Source of the DNA: Litorivivens sp.
Lineage (GTDB): Bacteria > Pseudomonadota > Gammaproteobacteria > Pseudomonadales > Spongiibacteraceae
Assembly (NCBI RefSeq): GCF_041624475.1
Contig: NZ_JBFJUX010000011.1
Location: forward strand, 7,891-71,890
DNA length: 64,000 bases
Reading direction: 5' to 3'
This document shows positions 1-7,754 of this stretch, piece by piece. The position numbers were made by a program, and so were the translations under genes. Positions within the stretch are counted from its first letter, which is position 1, and every line of letters begins with the position of its first letter. The notes beneath the pieces were generated by a model, which saw only the letters and a program-made list of their open reading frames with translations, had not been told where the DNA came from and searched no databases.

Positions 1-12
1 GGAGAAATCAAC

Positions 13-252
13 ATGGCTCACGCAAACCAATTGCCTTCTCAAATCCAGGCCAGCAAACGCCTACTGCGTATCCGGGATGTCATGCGCATCACCGGGCTTT
101 CGCGCTCGTATATCTACGCCTTGGCGGCGCAAGGAAAGTTTCCGCAGAGCCTCGCTTTGGTGCCGGGTGGTACCAGTCGAGCGTGGTTGGAGTCCGAGGT
201 AGAGGAGTGGTTGGACGAGAGGATCGCTGCGCGTGATCTCGGTGATGAATGA
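13..252 (+). CDS. alpA: AlpA-family (prophage CP4-57-type) transcriptional regulator / excision helper
   Basis: 79 aa. RIRDVMRITGLSRSYIYALAAQGKFPQ...SRAWLESEVEEWL is the typical AlpA MerR-like HTH. GGAG at 1-4 lies 8 nt before the ATG. Confidence 0.85.
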   Translation: MAHANQLPSQIQASKRLLRIRDVMRITGLSRSYIYALAAQGKFPQSLALVPGGTSRAWLESEVEEWLDERIAARDLGDE

Positions 253-327
253 GTGGCTATACCCCGGTTGGCGGGCAGCTAAACCGGGGCTAGCAACAAC
301 TCAACGTAACCAGAGGACTTATGTTTT

Positions 328-1776
328 ATGAGTGAATTAAAGCAAAATCACGTCACCATATTTTGTAAACCTTCTGTAGGCGACGAGATTGTGCCTATTG
401 AAGTGGATGCCGGCTCTGACGGCAGCATTTTTGGCCTTCTGGAGCGTCGGCTAGAGCAGCAGGCTCAGGGCGGAAATACTCCGCTTTATATTCAGATCGG
501 CTCAGGCGAGCAGATGTTTGTTGCACTATCAGTTGCTGATCTACAGGCGCTCTACTGTTTGCAGCCAAACGACATCGGGCTCATCGCTGTCGTAAATGAA
601 GATGGGCTTGCTGAAGCGTTGAATGCCCTTGCCCTCAGATACCCTGACGGGCTATGGCTGTTTGGCCACCATGCCCGTAAAGAAGAGATACGTCAGGCGC
701 GTTTGCAGTGCGCAGCTGAGCCTCTTTATCCGCCAACCTCCTATCCGACGTGGAGTCAGTATCTGGACGGGGAGGGCGATGAGGCGGTTTCAACGCGGAT
801 TGAAGAGACTATTGAGTCGAGACAGGTCCTCAGTAAATTTGCCGTGAAACGGGATCACATTCAGCATCTGGAAAACCAACGGTTTGTTTTTGACAATCTG
901 CTTTATGAAGGGCAGATAACGGTGATCTGCGCTGAACCCAATGGGGGAAAGACCACGGTCATGAACTGGATCTGTAGTCAGGTAGACGAAGGCTACCAGA
1001 TTACTTATCTGAATGAAGATTGCTCCGGCGCTGAGCTGAAGACCTACCAAGAGTATGCAGAAGTCAGAGGCTTCGAACTCTGTAATCTGGATATCCGTGG
1101 GGTGACCCCTGATCAATTCATGGGCAGCCTTGGGTCTCTCTCCAGTCTGAAAGGCCACGTATTTGTTCTCGATACTCTGAAGAAATTTGTCGATGTGATG
1201 AACAAGGCCAAGGTCAGCCAGTTCTACAGTCTTCTGCGAAGGCTGTGTAACAAAGGAGCGACTTTCGTCCTGCTGGCGCATACCACGAAGTACAAGGATG
1301 CGGAGGGACTGCCAAAATTTGATGGCGTAGGAGACGTCATGAATGACTGTGACACGCTTATCTACTTCCTGCCCGTCAAACACGAGGATGGCTCGATGAC
1401 GGTCTCGACCTTGCCCGCTAAAACCAGGGGGATTATGGAACCCCTGACCTTCACAATCGATAAGTTCCGGGAGGTCTCGCTGACCGACTATGTCGATACG
1501 CGGGAACACCGCCGCCGACAGGTCGATCATGAAGCCATTAAGGTAATCGCGGAGGCGATTTCTTCGGGGTGCTCTAACCAGAGCGAGATACTGAAGTTCT
1601 CAGCGGGTCGAGGGGTAGGGAGGCGCGTTGCACTCCGGGTGCTGGCTGACTACGAAGAAGGTGCCGCGCCCCTTTGGAAAAAAGCCCGAGGGCCTAATAA
1701 TGCCTGCCAGTATACTTTGGTCGAAAACGCCCAGGAGTATGAGGCAGAAGCTGCGGACGCATTCGCCATGACCTAG
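328..1776 (+). CDS. RecA-fold Rep/helicase-like ATPase (AAA_25 / RepA-DnaB-like) of the island
   Basis: 482 aa. Walker A is AEPNGGKTT, Walker B is HVFVLDTL, and there is an LLAHTTK motif. It has a ~190-aa N-terminal domain of unknown type and a C-terminal wHTH-like tail. It lies between alpA and an iteron cluster. Confidence 0.6.
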   Translation: MSELKQNHVTIFCKPSVGDEIVPIEVDAGSDGSIFGLLERRLEQQAQGGNTPLYIQIGSGEQMFVALSVADLQALYCLQPNDIGLIAVVNEDGLAEALNALALRYPDGLWLFGHHARKEEIRQARLQCAAEPLYPPTSYPTWSQYLDGEGDEAVSTRIEETIESRQVLSKFAVKRDHIQHLENQRFVFDNLLYEGQITVICAEPNGGKTTVMNWICSQVDEGYQITYLNEDCSGAELKTYQEYAEVRGFELCNLDIRGVTPDQFMGSLGSLSSLKGHVFVLDTLKKFVDVMNKAKVSQFYSLLRRLCNKGATFVLLAHTTKYKDAEGLPKFDGVGDVMNDCDTLIYFLPVKHEDGSMTVSTLPAKTRGIMEPLTFTIDKFREVSLTDYVDTREHRRRQVDHEAIKVIAEAISSGCSNQSEILKFSAGRGVGRRVALRVLADYEEGAAPLWKKARGPNNACQYTLVENAQEYEAEAADAFAMT

Positions 1777-1786
1777 GGTAATAACT

Positions 1787-1894
1787 GGGAAAACGTGAAA
1801 ACCGGGAAAACCGGTATTACGGGAGAGGGGGCTATGCCCGGTTTTCTCGTTTTACCGGTTTTCACGGCTTTCCCGGAGGGTGTCAGTTTTCCCC
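1787..1894. repeat. Iteron-like repeat cluster in dyad arrangement (candidate replication origin or Rep binding site)
   Basis: GAAAACCGG occurs at 1797-1805 and 1806-1814. Its complement CCGGTTTTC occurs at 1838-1846 and 1855-1863. The longer core GTGAAAACCGG is at 1795-1805, with its reverse complement at 1855-1865. Degenerate copies GGGAAAAC (1787-1794) and GTTTTCCCC (1886-1894) flank these. The cluster starts 11 nt after the stop of the Rep-like gene. Confidence 0.7.
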
Positions 1895-2452
1895 TATTTT
1901 TTCCCTCTGCAACCAGTACTCAAACCGATCCTCTAACCCCAGTTCCAGGCAATACGATATACACCCGATAATCTATCTTTCCCGGAAAAGTTCTCCCCGA
2001 TATTCTAACTATCTAGATTTGTCGTTTACGACTATATACAGCCGATATACCAACTGCTTGCTGGTATTCAATATGTGATATGGACAAGGGAATATGTGAG
2101 TGGAGTAGAGGAGTGAGGCTCGCCTATACCTGAGGAGCGCCTGGCTTCCACTACGTGTACGTCCTTATGATTCCACGCAGCAGCTGTTCTTCAATAGAAA
2201 TACGGAGTGCGCCAGAGCCCCCAGCCCGCAGGTGGGCTTTTGCCCACCGTCGCGAGGCGAAGGGGGCGATGGCGCAGATGTTAAATATAGAAGTTGTTCC
2301 CCACCTCGTTTGAGTTCCTGGGATTGATATACGAGTAATAGGTGTTGGCTTAATTTGGTGGGCTGTGTGTTGTTTGATCAGCGGGTTTTTCAAAAAATGC
2401 TCACAGACCTCCGCCTCCAGCACTTCCAGTAAGGTAGCCGCTTTCGCGCCTA

Positions 2453-2467
2453 CCCCCCCCCCCGGGG
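2453..2467. repeat. Homopolymeric tract C11 followed by G4
   Basis: Read directly: tac(c x11)gggg. It is intergenic, about 160 bp upstream of the radC-like start codon. Confidence 0.95.
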
Positions 2468-2624
2468 TCTTCGCCCCGTGTACCACACGAAAAGAAGCCC
2501 CACCGCTGCCTACCTGTTCATGGCTCTCTGTTTGCTGCCCGCAGGCGCTGGCGCGCGAGAGCGGGCAAGCGCCGGCTCTGCATGGTGCTGCCTCATCAAC
2601 TATTGACCGCATGAGGACAACCCC

Positions 2625-3110
2625 ATGACCGAACAAGAAGTCCTACCCTTGAAGTTGTACCCTCAGATCTCACCTGAGCAGCAGGCCACCATCCAAGAAG
2701 CCATAGGTATTCTGGAGTCGACTCTGCGAGCTGGTGACGCCTTTACCTCCGCCGTTGAAACCAAGAAGTTCTGTCGCCTCAAATTGGGCACAGCCCGTGA
2801 TGAATACTTCGGCTGCCTGTTCCTGGATAACCAGCACCGCCTGCTGAGCTTTGAGCGCCTATTCAGAGGCACTGTTGCCGGCGCTGCTGTCTACCCCAGA
2901 GTAGTGGTCAGACGTTCTCTGGAGCTCAACGCTGCCGCTGTCATACTCACCCACAATCATCCGTCTGGGGTCACAGAGCCCAGCAAGGCCGACAACGCCA
3001 TGACCTCACGGCTCATCCATGCCCTTGGTTTGATTGATGTCAGGGTGTTGGATCACGTAATTGTGAGTGCCGAAGGCGAACTCTCCATGGCCGAACAGGG
3101 CCTACTATGA
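2625..3110 (+). CDS. radC: RadC-like JAB/MPN-domain protein (short, island-type, no N-terminal HhH domain)
   Basis: 161 aa. The JAMM motif reads LTHNHPSGVTEPSKADNAMT (HxHPSG...SxxD). Confidence 0.85.
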   Translation: MTEQEVLPLKLYPQISPEQQATIQEAIGILESTLRAGDAFTSAVETKKFCRLKLGTARDEYFGCLFLDNQHRLLSFERLFRGTVAGAAVYPRVVVRRSLELNAAAVILTHNHPSGVTEPSKADNAMTSRLIHALGLIDVRVLDHVIVSAEGELSMAEQGLL

Positions 3111-3637
3111 AGCTGGGCACCTTTGTGGGGTGCTCAGCGTTTTTTGACCTTGGCTCAGTAAGGAAGTCGCAGAAGTAACATAAAACGGGATTATGCGCAG
3201 CGTGGCCGCTGTCCGCCTTCGCCGCATAATCAGTTCTATGTGTAAATCTGCTTGGTTTATTCATTACCGCAGGCTAGACCGCTCCCGTGCTCCCGGCGCT
3301 GCGGTTCACCTCCTCTGTCACACTCAGCCTTCACAGCCCGCCTTGCCGGCAGGCGCCGGACGGCGGCTCTGCTCAGGCCTCGTGCTCCGCCGTCGGTTCA
3401 TCCTCGCTTGGGGCACTGCGCGGCCTGCGCCTGCTGGGGAGGGAGGGTAAGGCTCTCCCTCAGCAGAGAGTCCAGGAGAAGTGGAGCTGATATCTGGTTT
3501 ACATTTCTGTGCTTCTTGTAACGGTGCAGAATGCAGGCATTCCCCTTGGTCTGGGGGCTGTTAGAATGGCAGCCATAATGAATAATCACCGACTGGCCCT
3601 TACTTCTATCCGGCGCCGGTATTGAGAAGGACATCCA

Positions 3638-5236
3638 ATGGCAAAGCAGTCAGCCACCAAAAAGACCAAACCCGCCAAACAACAGAGCTTTGAACAGACC
3701 CTCTGGCACACCGCCGACAAGCTGCGTGGCACGGTGGAATCCTCTGAGTACAAGCACGTGGTACTCAGCCTGATCTTCCTCAAGTTCGTCAGCGACACCT
3801 TCGAGGAACGCAAGCAGCAGCTCATTGACGAAGGGAAGGGGGACTACGTGGACATGGTGGAGTTCTACACCATGAAGAACGTTTTCTACCTGCCGGAAGA
3901 AGCCCGCTGGTCTTACATTCAAAAGCAAGCCAAGCAGGACGATGTCGCGGTCAAGATCGATACCGCTCTGCATACCGTAGAGAAGAACAATCCGGCCCTG
4001 AAGGGCGCCTTGCCCGACAACTACTTCTCGCGGCTGGGTATCGATGTCAGCAAGCTGGCGGCCCTGATTGATGCCATCAACAACATCGACACGATTGTTC
4101 AAAAAGAAGGGCAAGACAGCGAGCTGGATATTGTCGGTCGCGTCTACGAATACTTTCTGGGCAACTTCGCCGCCACTGAAGGCAAGGGCGGGGGTGAGTT
4201 CTATACCCCCAAGTGTGTGGTCAACCTGCTGGCGGAAATGCTTGAACCCTACCACGGCAAAATCTACGACCCCTGCTGTGGTTCAGGCGGTATGTTCGTT
4301 CAGTCGGTAAAGTTTATTGAGAGCCATCACGGCAACACCAAAGACATCTCTATCTACGGGCAGGAGCAGACCAGCACTACCTACAAGCTGGCCAAGATGA
4401 ATCTGGCCATTCGCGGTATCTCCGCCAACCTGGGTGAGGTGCCCGCCGATACCTTCTTCAAGGATCAGCACCCGGACCTCAAGGCCGATTTCATCATGGC
4501 GAACCCGCCCTTTAACCTGGATCAGTGGCGGGGCACCGACGAGCTGACCGACGACCCGCGCTGGGCCGGTTACGAGGTGCCACCGGTGGGTAACGCCAAC
4601 TACGCCTGGATACTGCATATGGTGTCCAAGCTGTCTGAGCGCGGTGTAGCGGGCTTTGTACTGGCTAACGGTTCCATGAGTACCAACACCAAGGGCGAGG
4701 GCGCCATTCGCCAGAAGCTGATCGAGAACGATCTGATCGACTGCATGATTGCCCTGCCGGGGCAGCTGTTCTACACCACCCAGATACCGGTCTGCTTATG
4801 GTTTATTACCAAAGACAAAACCGAACAACATTTTACCGATGGTCGTGAGCCCTTCCGCGACCGCCGGGGTGAAACCCTGTTTATCGACGCCCGCAATATT
4901 GGCTCCATGATCGACCGTACCCACAAGGAACTGACCGGCGACGACATCGCCGAGATAGCCCGCACCTACCACGCCTGGCGCGGTGAAGCCAAAGATGGTG
5001 TTTACGAAGACCACCCCGGCTACTGTAAAGCCGTCACGCTGGCCGACATTAAGGCCAATGACTACGTGCTGACCCCCGGGCGCTACGTAGGTGCTGCCGA
5101 GATTGAAGACGATGGGATTCCCTTTGAGGAAAAGATGGCGGAGCTGACCCAGACCCTGTATCGGCAGATGGATGAGGCCGAGAAACTGGATGGGGTGATT
5201 CGGGAGAATTTGGCGGGGCTTGGGTATGACCGGTGA
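3638..5236 (+). CDS. hsdM: Type I restriction-modification system methyltransferase subunit M
   Basis: 532 aa. It has an HsdM N-terminal domain (LWHTADKLRG...SEYKHVVLSLIFLKFVSD), an AdoMet motif DPCCGSGGMF and the catalytic motif NPPFN. The RBS is GAGAAGGA. Confidence 0.95.
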   Translation: MAKQSATKKTKPAKQQSFEQTLWHTADKLRGTVESSEYKHVVLSLIFLKFVSDTFEERKQQLIDEGKGDYVDMVEFYTMKNVFYLPEEARWSYIQKQAKQDDVAVKIDTALHTVEKNNPALKGALPDNYFSRLGIDVSKLAALIDAINNIDTIVQKEGQDSELDIVGRVYEYFLGNFAATEGKGGGEFYTPKCVVNLLAEMLEPYHGKIYDPCCGSGGMFVQSVKFIESHHGNTKDISIYGQEQTSTTYKLAKMNLAIRGISANLGEVPADTFFKDQHPDLKADFIMANPPFNLDQWRGTDELTDDPRWAGYEVPPVGNANYAWILHMVSKLSERGVAGFVLANGSMSTNTKGEGAIRQKLIENDLIDCMIALPGQLFYTTQIPVCLWFITKDKTEQHFTDGREPFRDRRGETLFIDARNIGSMIDRTHKELTGDDIAEIARTYHAWRGEAKDGVYEDHPGYCKAVTLADIKANDYVLTPGRYVGAAEIEDDGIPFEEKMAELTQTLYRQMDEAEKLDGVIRENLAGLGYDR

Positions 5237-6665
5237 ACTATACGAATACCCCTTAGAAGAATGCATGGACGCGATTATTGATTACCGGGGAAAGACCCCT
5301 AAAAAAACATCTGCTGGTATTCCGCTAGTGACTGCCAAGATCATTAAGGCAGGGGTAATACAGCCAACAACTGAGTATATTGCAGAAGCTGATTATGAAT
5401 CTTGGATGCGACGCGGTATTCCGAAGCCTGGTGATGTTGTACTGACGACAGAGGCACCGCTGGGCGAGGTAGCCCAACTGGGAGATGAAAAGGTAGCTCT
5501 CGCCCAACGAGTGATTACTTTACGAGGCAAAGCTGATCTTCTGGACAACACCTACTTAAAATACCTCTTCCTTACGAAAGAGATGCGAGCCCAACTAGAT
5601 GGTCGGGCTAGCGGAACTACGGTATCAGGTATCAAACAGTCAGAGTTGCGGAAGGTTATCCTGCGCTTTCCCGGTATCGCTAAACAGAAGAAAATCGCCC
5701 ATATCCTCGGCGCTATAGACGACAAAATCGAACTCAACCGCCAGATCAACATCACGCTGGAATCTATGGCCCAGGCTCTGTTCAAAAGCTGGTTTGTAGA
5801 CTTCGACCCCGTGATCGACAACGCCCTGGCGGCGGGTAACGACATCCCCGAGCCCCTGCAGGCCAAAGCCGAAAAGCGCAAAGCCCTCGGCGACAAACGT
5901 GCAGGACAGCATGTTTGGACGTCCGACGAGGACGCCCGCAGGGCGAGCGCCACGGAAGGCGCGAGTCACAAGCGCAAGCCCCTACCCGACGGCCTGCAAC
6001 GGCAGTTCCCGGATCGCTTTGCGTTTACTGAGGAAATGGGATGGGTGCCGGAGGGGTGGGAGGTTCAGCCAGTCAGCATTGCGCTATCAATTAACCCAAG
6101 AGTATCTGTGAAGAAAGGCCAGGTCGCGAAGTTCGTTGATATGAAAGCGCTACCAACCTCCGGTTACTCAGTTGATGAGATATCAGAGAAAGCATTTTCC
6201 GGTGGAGCGAAGTTTGAAAATGGTGACGTACTGCTAGCTCGGATAACCCCTTGCCTTGAAAATGGCAAAACGGCAGTTGTCGATTTTTTGGAACCCGAAA
6301 GCGCGGGCTTTGGCTCTACCGAGTTTATTGTCCTGCGTCCTGTCGGAGATATATCAACACCGTTTGTCGCAGCATTAGCGAGGGACGTAAATTTCCGGCA
6401 GCATTGTATTACCAACATGGTTGGTTCGTCTGGTAGACAGCGAGTGCAAAACTCCTGTTTCGATTCCTACTGCCTCGCATTGCCCACTGGGGGCTCTGTA
6501 TTACAGCTCTTTACACAGCACACGAGACCTTGGTTTTCCAAGATGACCGAGATAAGTAAAGAAATAAAAGCGCTTGGAAAACTCCGCGACACCCTTCTCC
6601 CCAAACTCCTCTCCGGTGAACTCCGCATCCCCGAAGCGGAAAAACAGATCGCCGAGGCGGTATAG
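5226..6665 (+). CDS. hsdS: Type I R-M specificity subunit S (two target-recognition domains)
   Basis: Two TRD-like halves are separated by a conserved central helix (LFKSWFVDFDP) and followed by a C-terminal helix (LRDTLLPKLLSGELRI). The ATG at 5226 overlaps the hsdM stop at 5234-5236. The ORF track's alternative TTG start is at 5220. Confidence 0.85.
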   Translation: MTGELYEYPLEECMDAIIDYRGKTPKKTSAGIPLVTAKIIKAGVIQPTTEYIAEADYESWMRRGIPKPGDVVLTTEAPLGEVAQLGDEKVALAQRVITLRGKADLLDNTYLKYLFLTKEMRAQLDGRASGTTVSGIKQSELRKVILRFPGIAKQKKIAHILGAIDDKIELNRQINITLESMAQALFKSWFVDFDPVIDNALAAGNDIPEPLQAKAEKRKALGDKRAGQHVWTSDEDARRASATEGASHKRKPLPDGLQRQFPDRFAFTEEMGWVPEGWEVQPVSIALSINPRVSVKKGQVAKFVDMKALPTSGYSVDEISEKAFSGGAKFENGDVLLARITPCLENGKTAVVDFLEPESAGFGSTEFIVLRPVGDISTPFVAALARDVNFRQHCITNMVGSSGRQRVQNSCFDSYCLALPTGGSVLQLFTQHTRPWFSKMTEISKEIKALGKLRDTLLPKLLSGELRIPEAEKQIAEAV

Positions 6666-6721
6666 CGAATGAATATCGGCAGGGTAGCCCTTTACCTAAA
6701 CCAACATCGCAAGGAGGCGAT

Positions 6722-7708
6722 ATGAGCACCGATCAGCAAATCGAAATTTACCAGACCGCAGATGGCCAGACCCAGATAGAGGTGCATCTGGAGGCCGATA
6801 CCGTCTGGCTATCGCAGGCCCAGATGGTAGATCTGTTTGGGCGTGATGTGTCAGTCATTTCTCGACACATACGTAACGCTTTGAATGAAAAAGAAATTTC
6901 TGAAAAAAGCAATTTGCAAAAAATGCAAATTGCAAATTCCGACCGCCCGGTGACCTTCTACGATCTGGATGTGGTGATCTCGGTGGGCTACCGCATTAAG
7001 TCTCCGCAGGGCGTGCAGTTCCGTCGCTGGGCGACCCAGCGCCTAAAAGAGCATCTGGTACAGGGCTACACCCTGAACCAGGCCCGCTTCGATAAGAACG
7101 CCGCCGCGTTGCAGCAGGCAATCGCGTTGATCCAGAAAACCGCCCAAAGCTCTGAACTGACAGGCGATGCCGGACGTGGGCTGGTGGATATTGTCTCCCG
7201 CTATACCCAGACCTTTCTCTGGCTGCAGCGCTACGACGAAGGTCTGCTGGATGAGCCTAGTGGTCAGAGCGGGGGAGCCCTGCCGAACCCCGGTGAGGCC
7301 ATGGACGCCCTGAATAACCTCAAGGCCCAGCTGATAGAGCGGGGGGAGGCCACGGATCTGTTTGCCCGGCCCCGGGATGCCGGATTGGCCAGTATCTTTG
7401 GTAACCTGGATCAGAGTGTTTTTGGTGAGCCAGCCTACCCCACGGTGGAGAGCAAGGCGGCTCACCTGCTGTACTTTGTGGTGAAGAACCACCCGTTTTC
7501 CGATGGCAACAAGCGCAGCGGCGCCTTTCTGTTTGTGGATTTTCTGCACCGCAATGGCCGGCTTATCGATTCCAGGGGTAACCCGGTGATCAACGATACC
7601 GGACTTGCGGCCCTGACCCTGCTGGTGGCAGAGTCTGATCCAAAGCAGAAAGAGGTGTTGATCCGCCTGATTATGCATATGCTGAGTCAGGGGCAGGCCT
7701 CGGGGTAG
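6722..7708 (+). CDS. RhuM-type N-terminal domain fused to a Doc-like Fic domain, embedded in the R-M operon
   Basis: 328 aa. The N-terminus IEIYQTADGQTQIEVHLEADTVWLSQAQMVDLFGRDVSVISRHIRN...VISVGYRIKSPQGVQFRRWATQRLKEHLVQGY is RhuM-like. The C-terminal motif HPFSDGNKRSG has NKR as in Doc, not the GNGR of AMPylating Fic proteins. The RBS is AAGGAGG. Confidence 0.8.
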   Translation: MSTDQQIEIYQTADGQTQIEVHLEADTVWLSQAQMVDLFGRDVSVISRHIRNALNEKEISEKSNLQKMQIANSDRPVTFYDLDVVISVGYRIKSPQGVQFRRWATQRLKEHLVQGYTLNQARFDKNAAALQQAIALIQKTAQSSELTGDAGRGLVDIVSRYTQTFLWLQRYDEGLLDEPSGQSGGALPNPGEAMDALNNLKAQLIERGEATDLFARPRDAGLASIFGNLDQSVFGEPAYPTVESKAAHLLYFVVKNHPFSDGNKRSGAFLFVDFLHRNGRLIDSRGNPVINDTGLAALTLLVAESDPKQKEVLIRLIMHMLSQGQASG

Positions 7709-7754
7709 GCAGAAACGGGTAACCAGAATAAGAACGCGAGGGAGCGGCTGATCT

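Noticed and set aside
790-1530. 246-aa ORF on the minus strand inside the Rep-like ATPase gene
   Set aside because: It is fully antisense to a gene with clear Walker motifs. It has no RBS or recognisable motif. This is a typical shadow ORF in GC-rich coding DNA.
2151-2636. 161-aa minus-strand ORF and overlapping 87-aa plus-strand ORF (2365-2628) in the spacer upstream of radC
   Set aside because: Both are low-complexity, Ala/Arg/Gly/Ser/Pro-rich translations that overlap each other. Neither has an RBS. One contains the C11 tract. The region is treated as non-coding (see findings).
3193-3521. Three overlapping plus-strand ORFs (85, 89 and 67 aa) between radC and hsdM
   Set aside because: They are Arg/Ala/Pro/Leu-rich products of a GC-rich stretch read in all three frames. 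None has a start-codon context or motif.
3650-4255. 201-aa ORF antisense to hsdM, and similar ORFs antisense to hsdR (for example 8694-9551, 285 aa)
   Set aside because: They are shadows of confidently identified genes. Their composition (many G/V/L/H/Q) is typical of reverse-frame translation.
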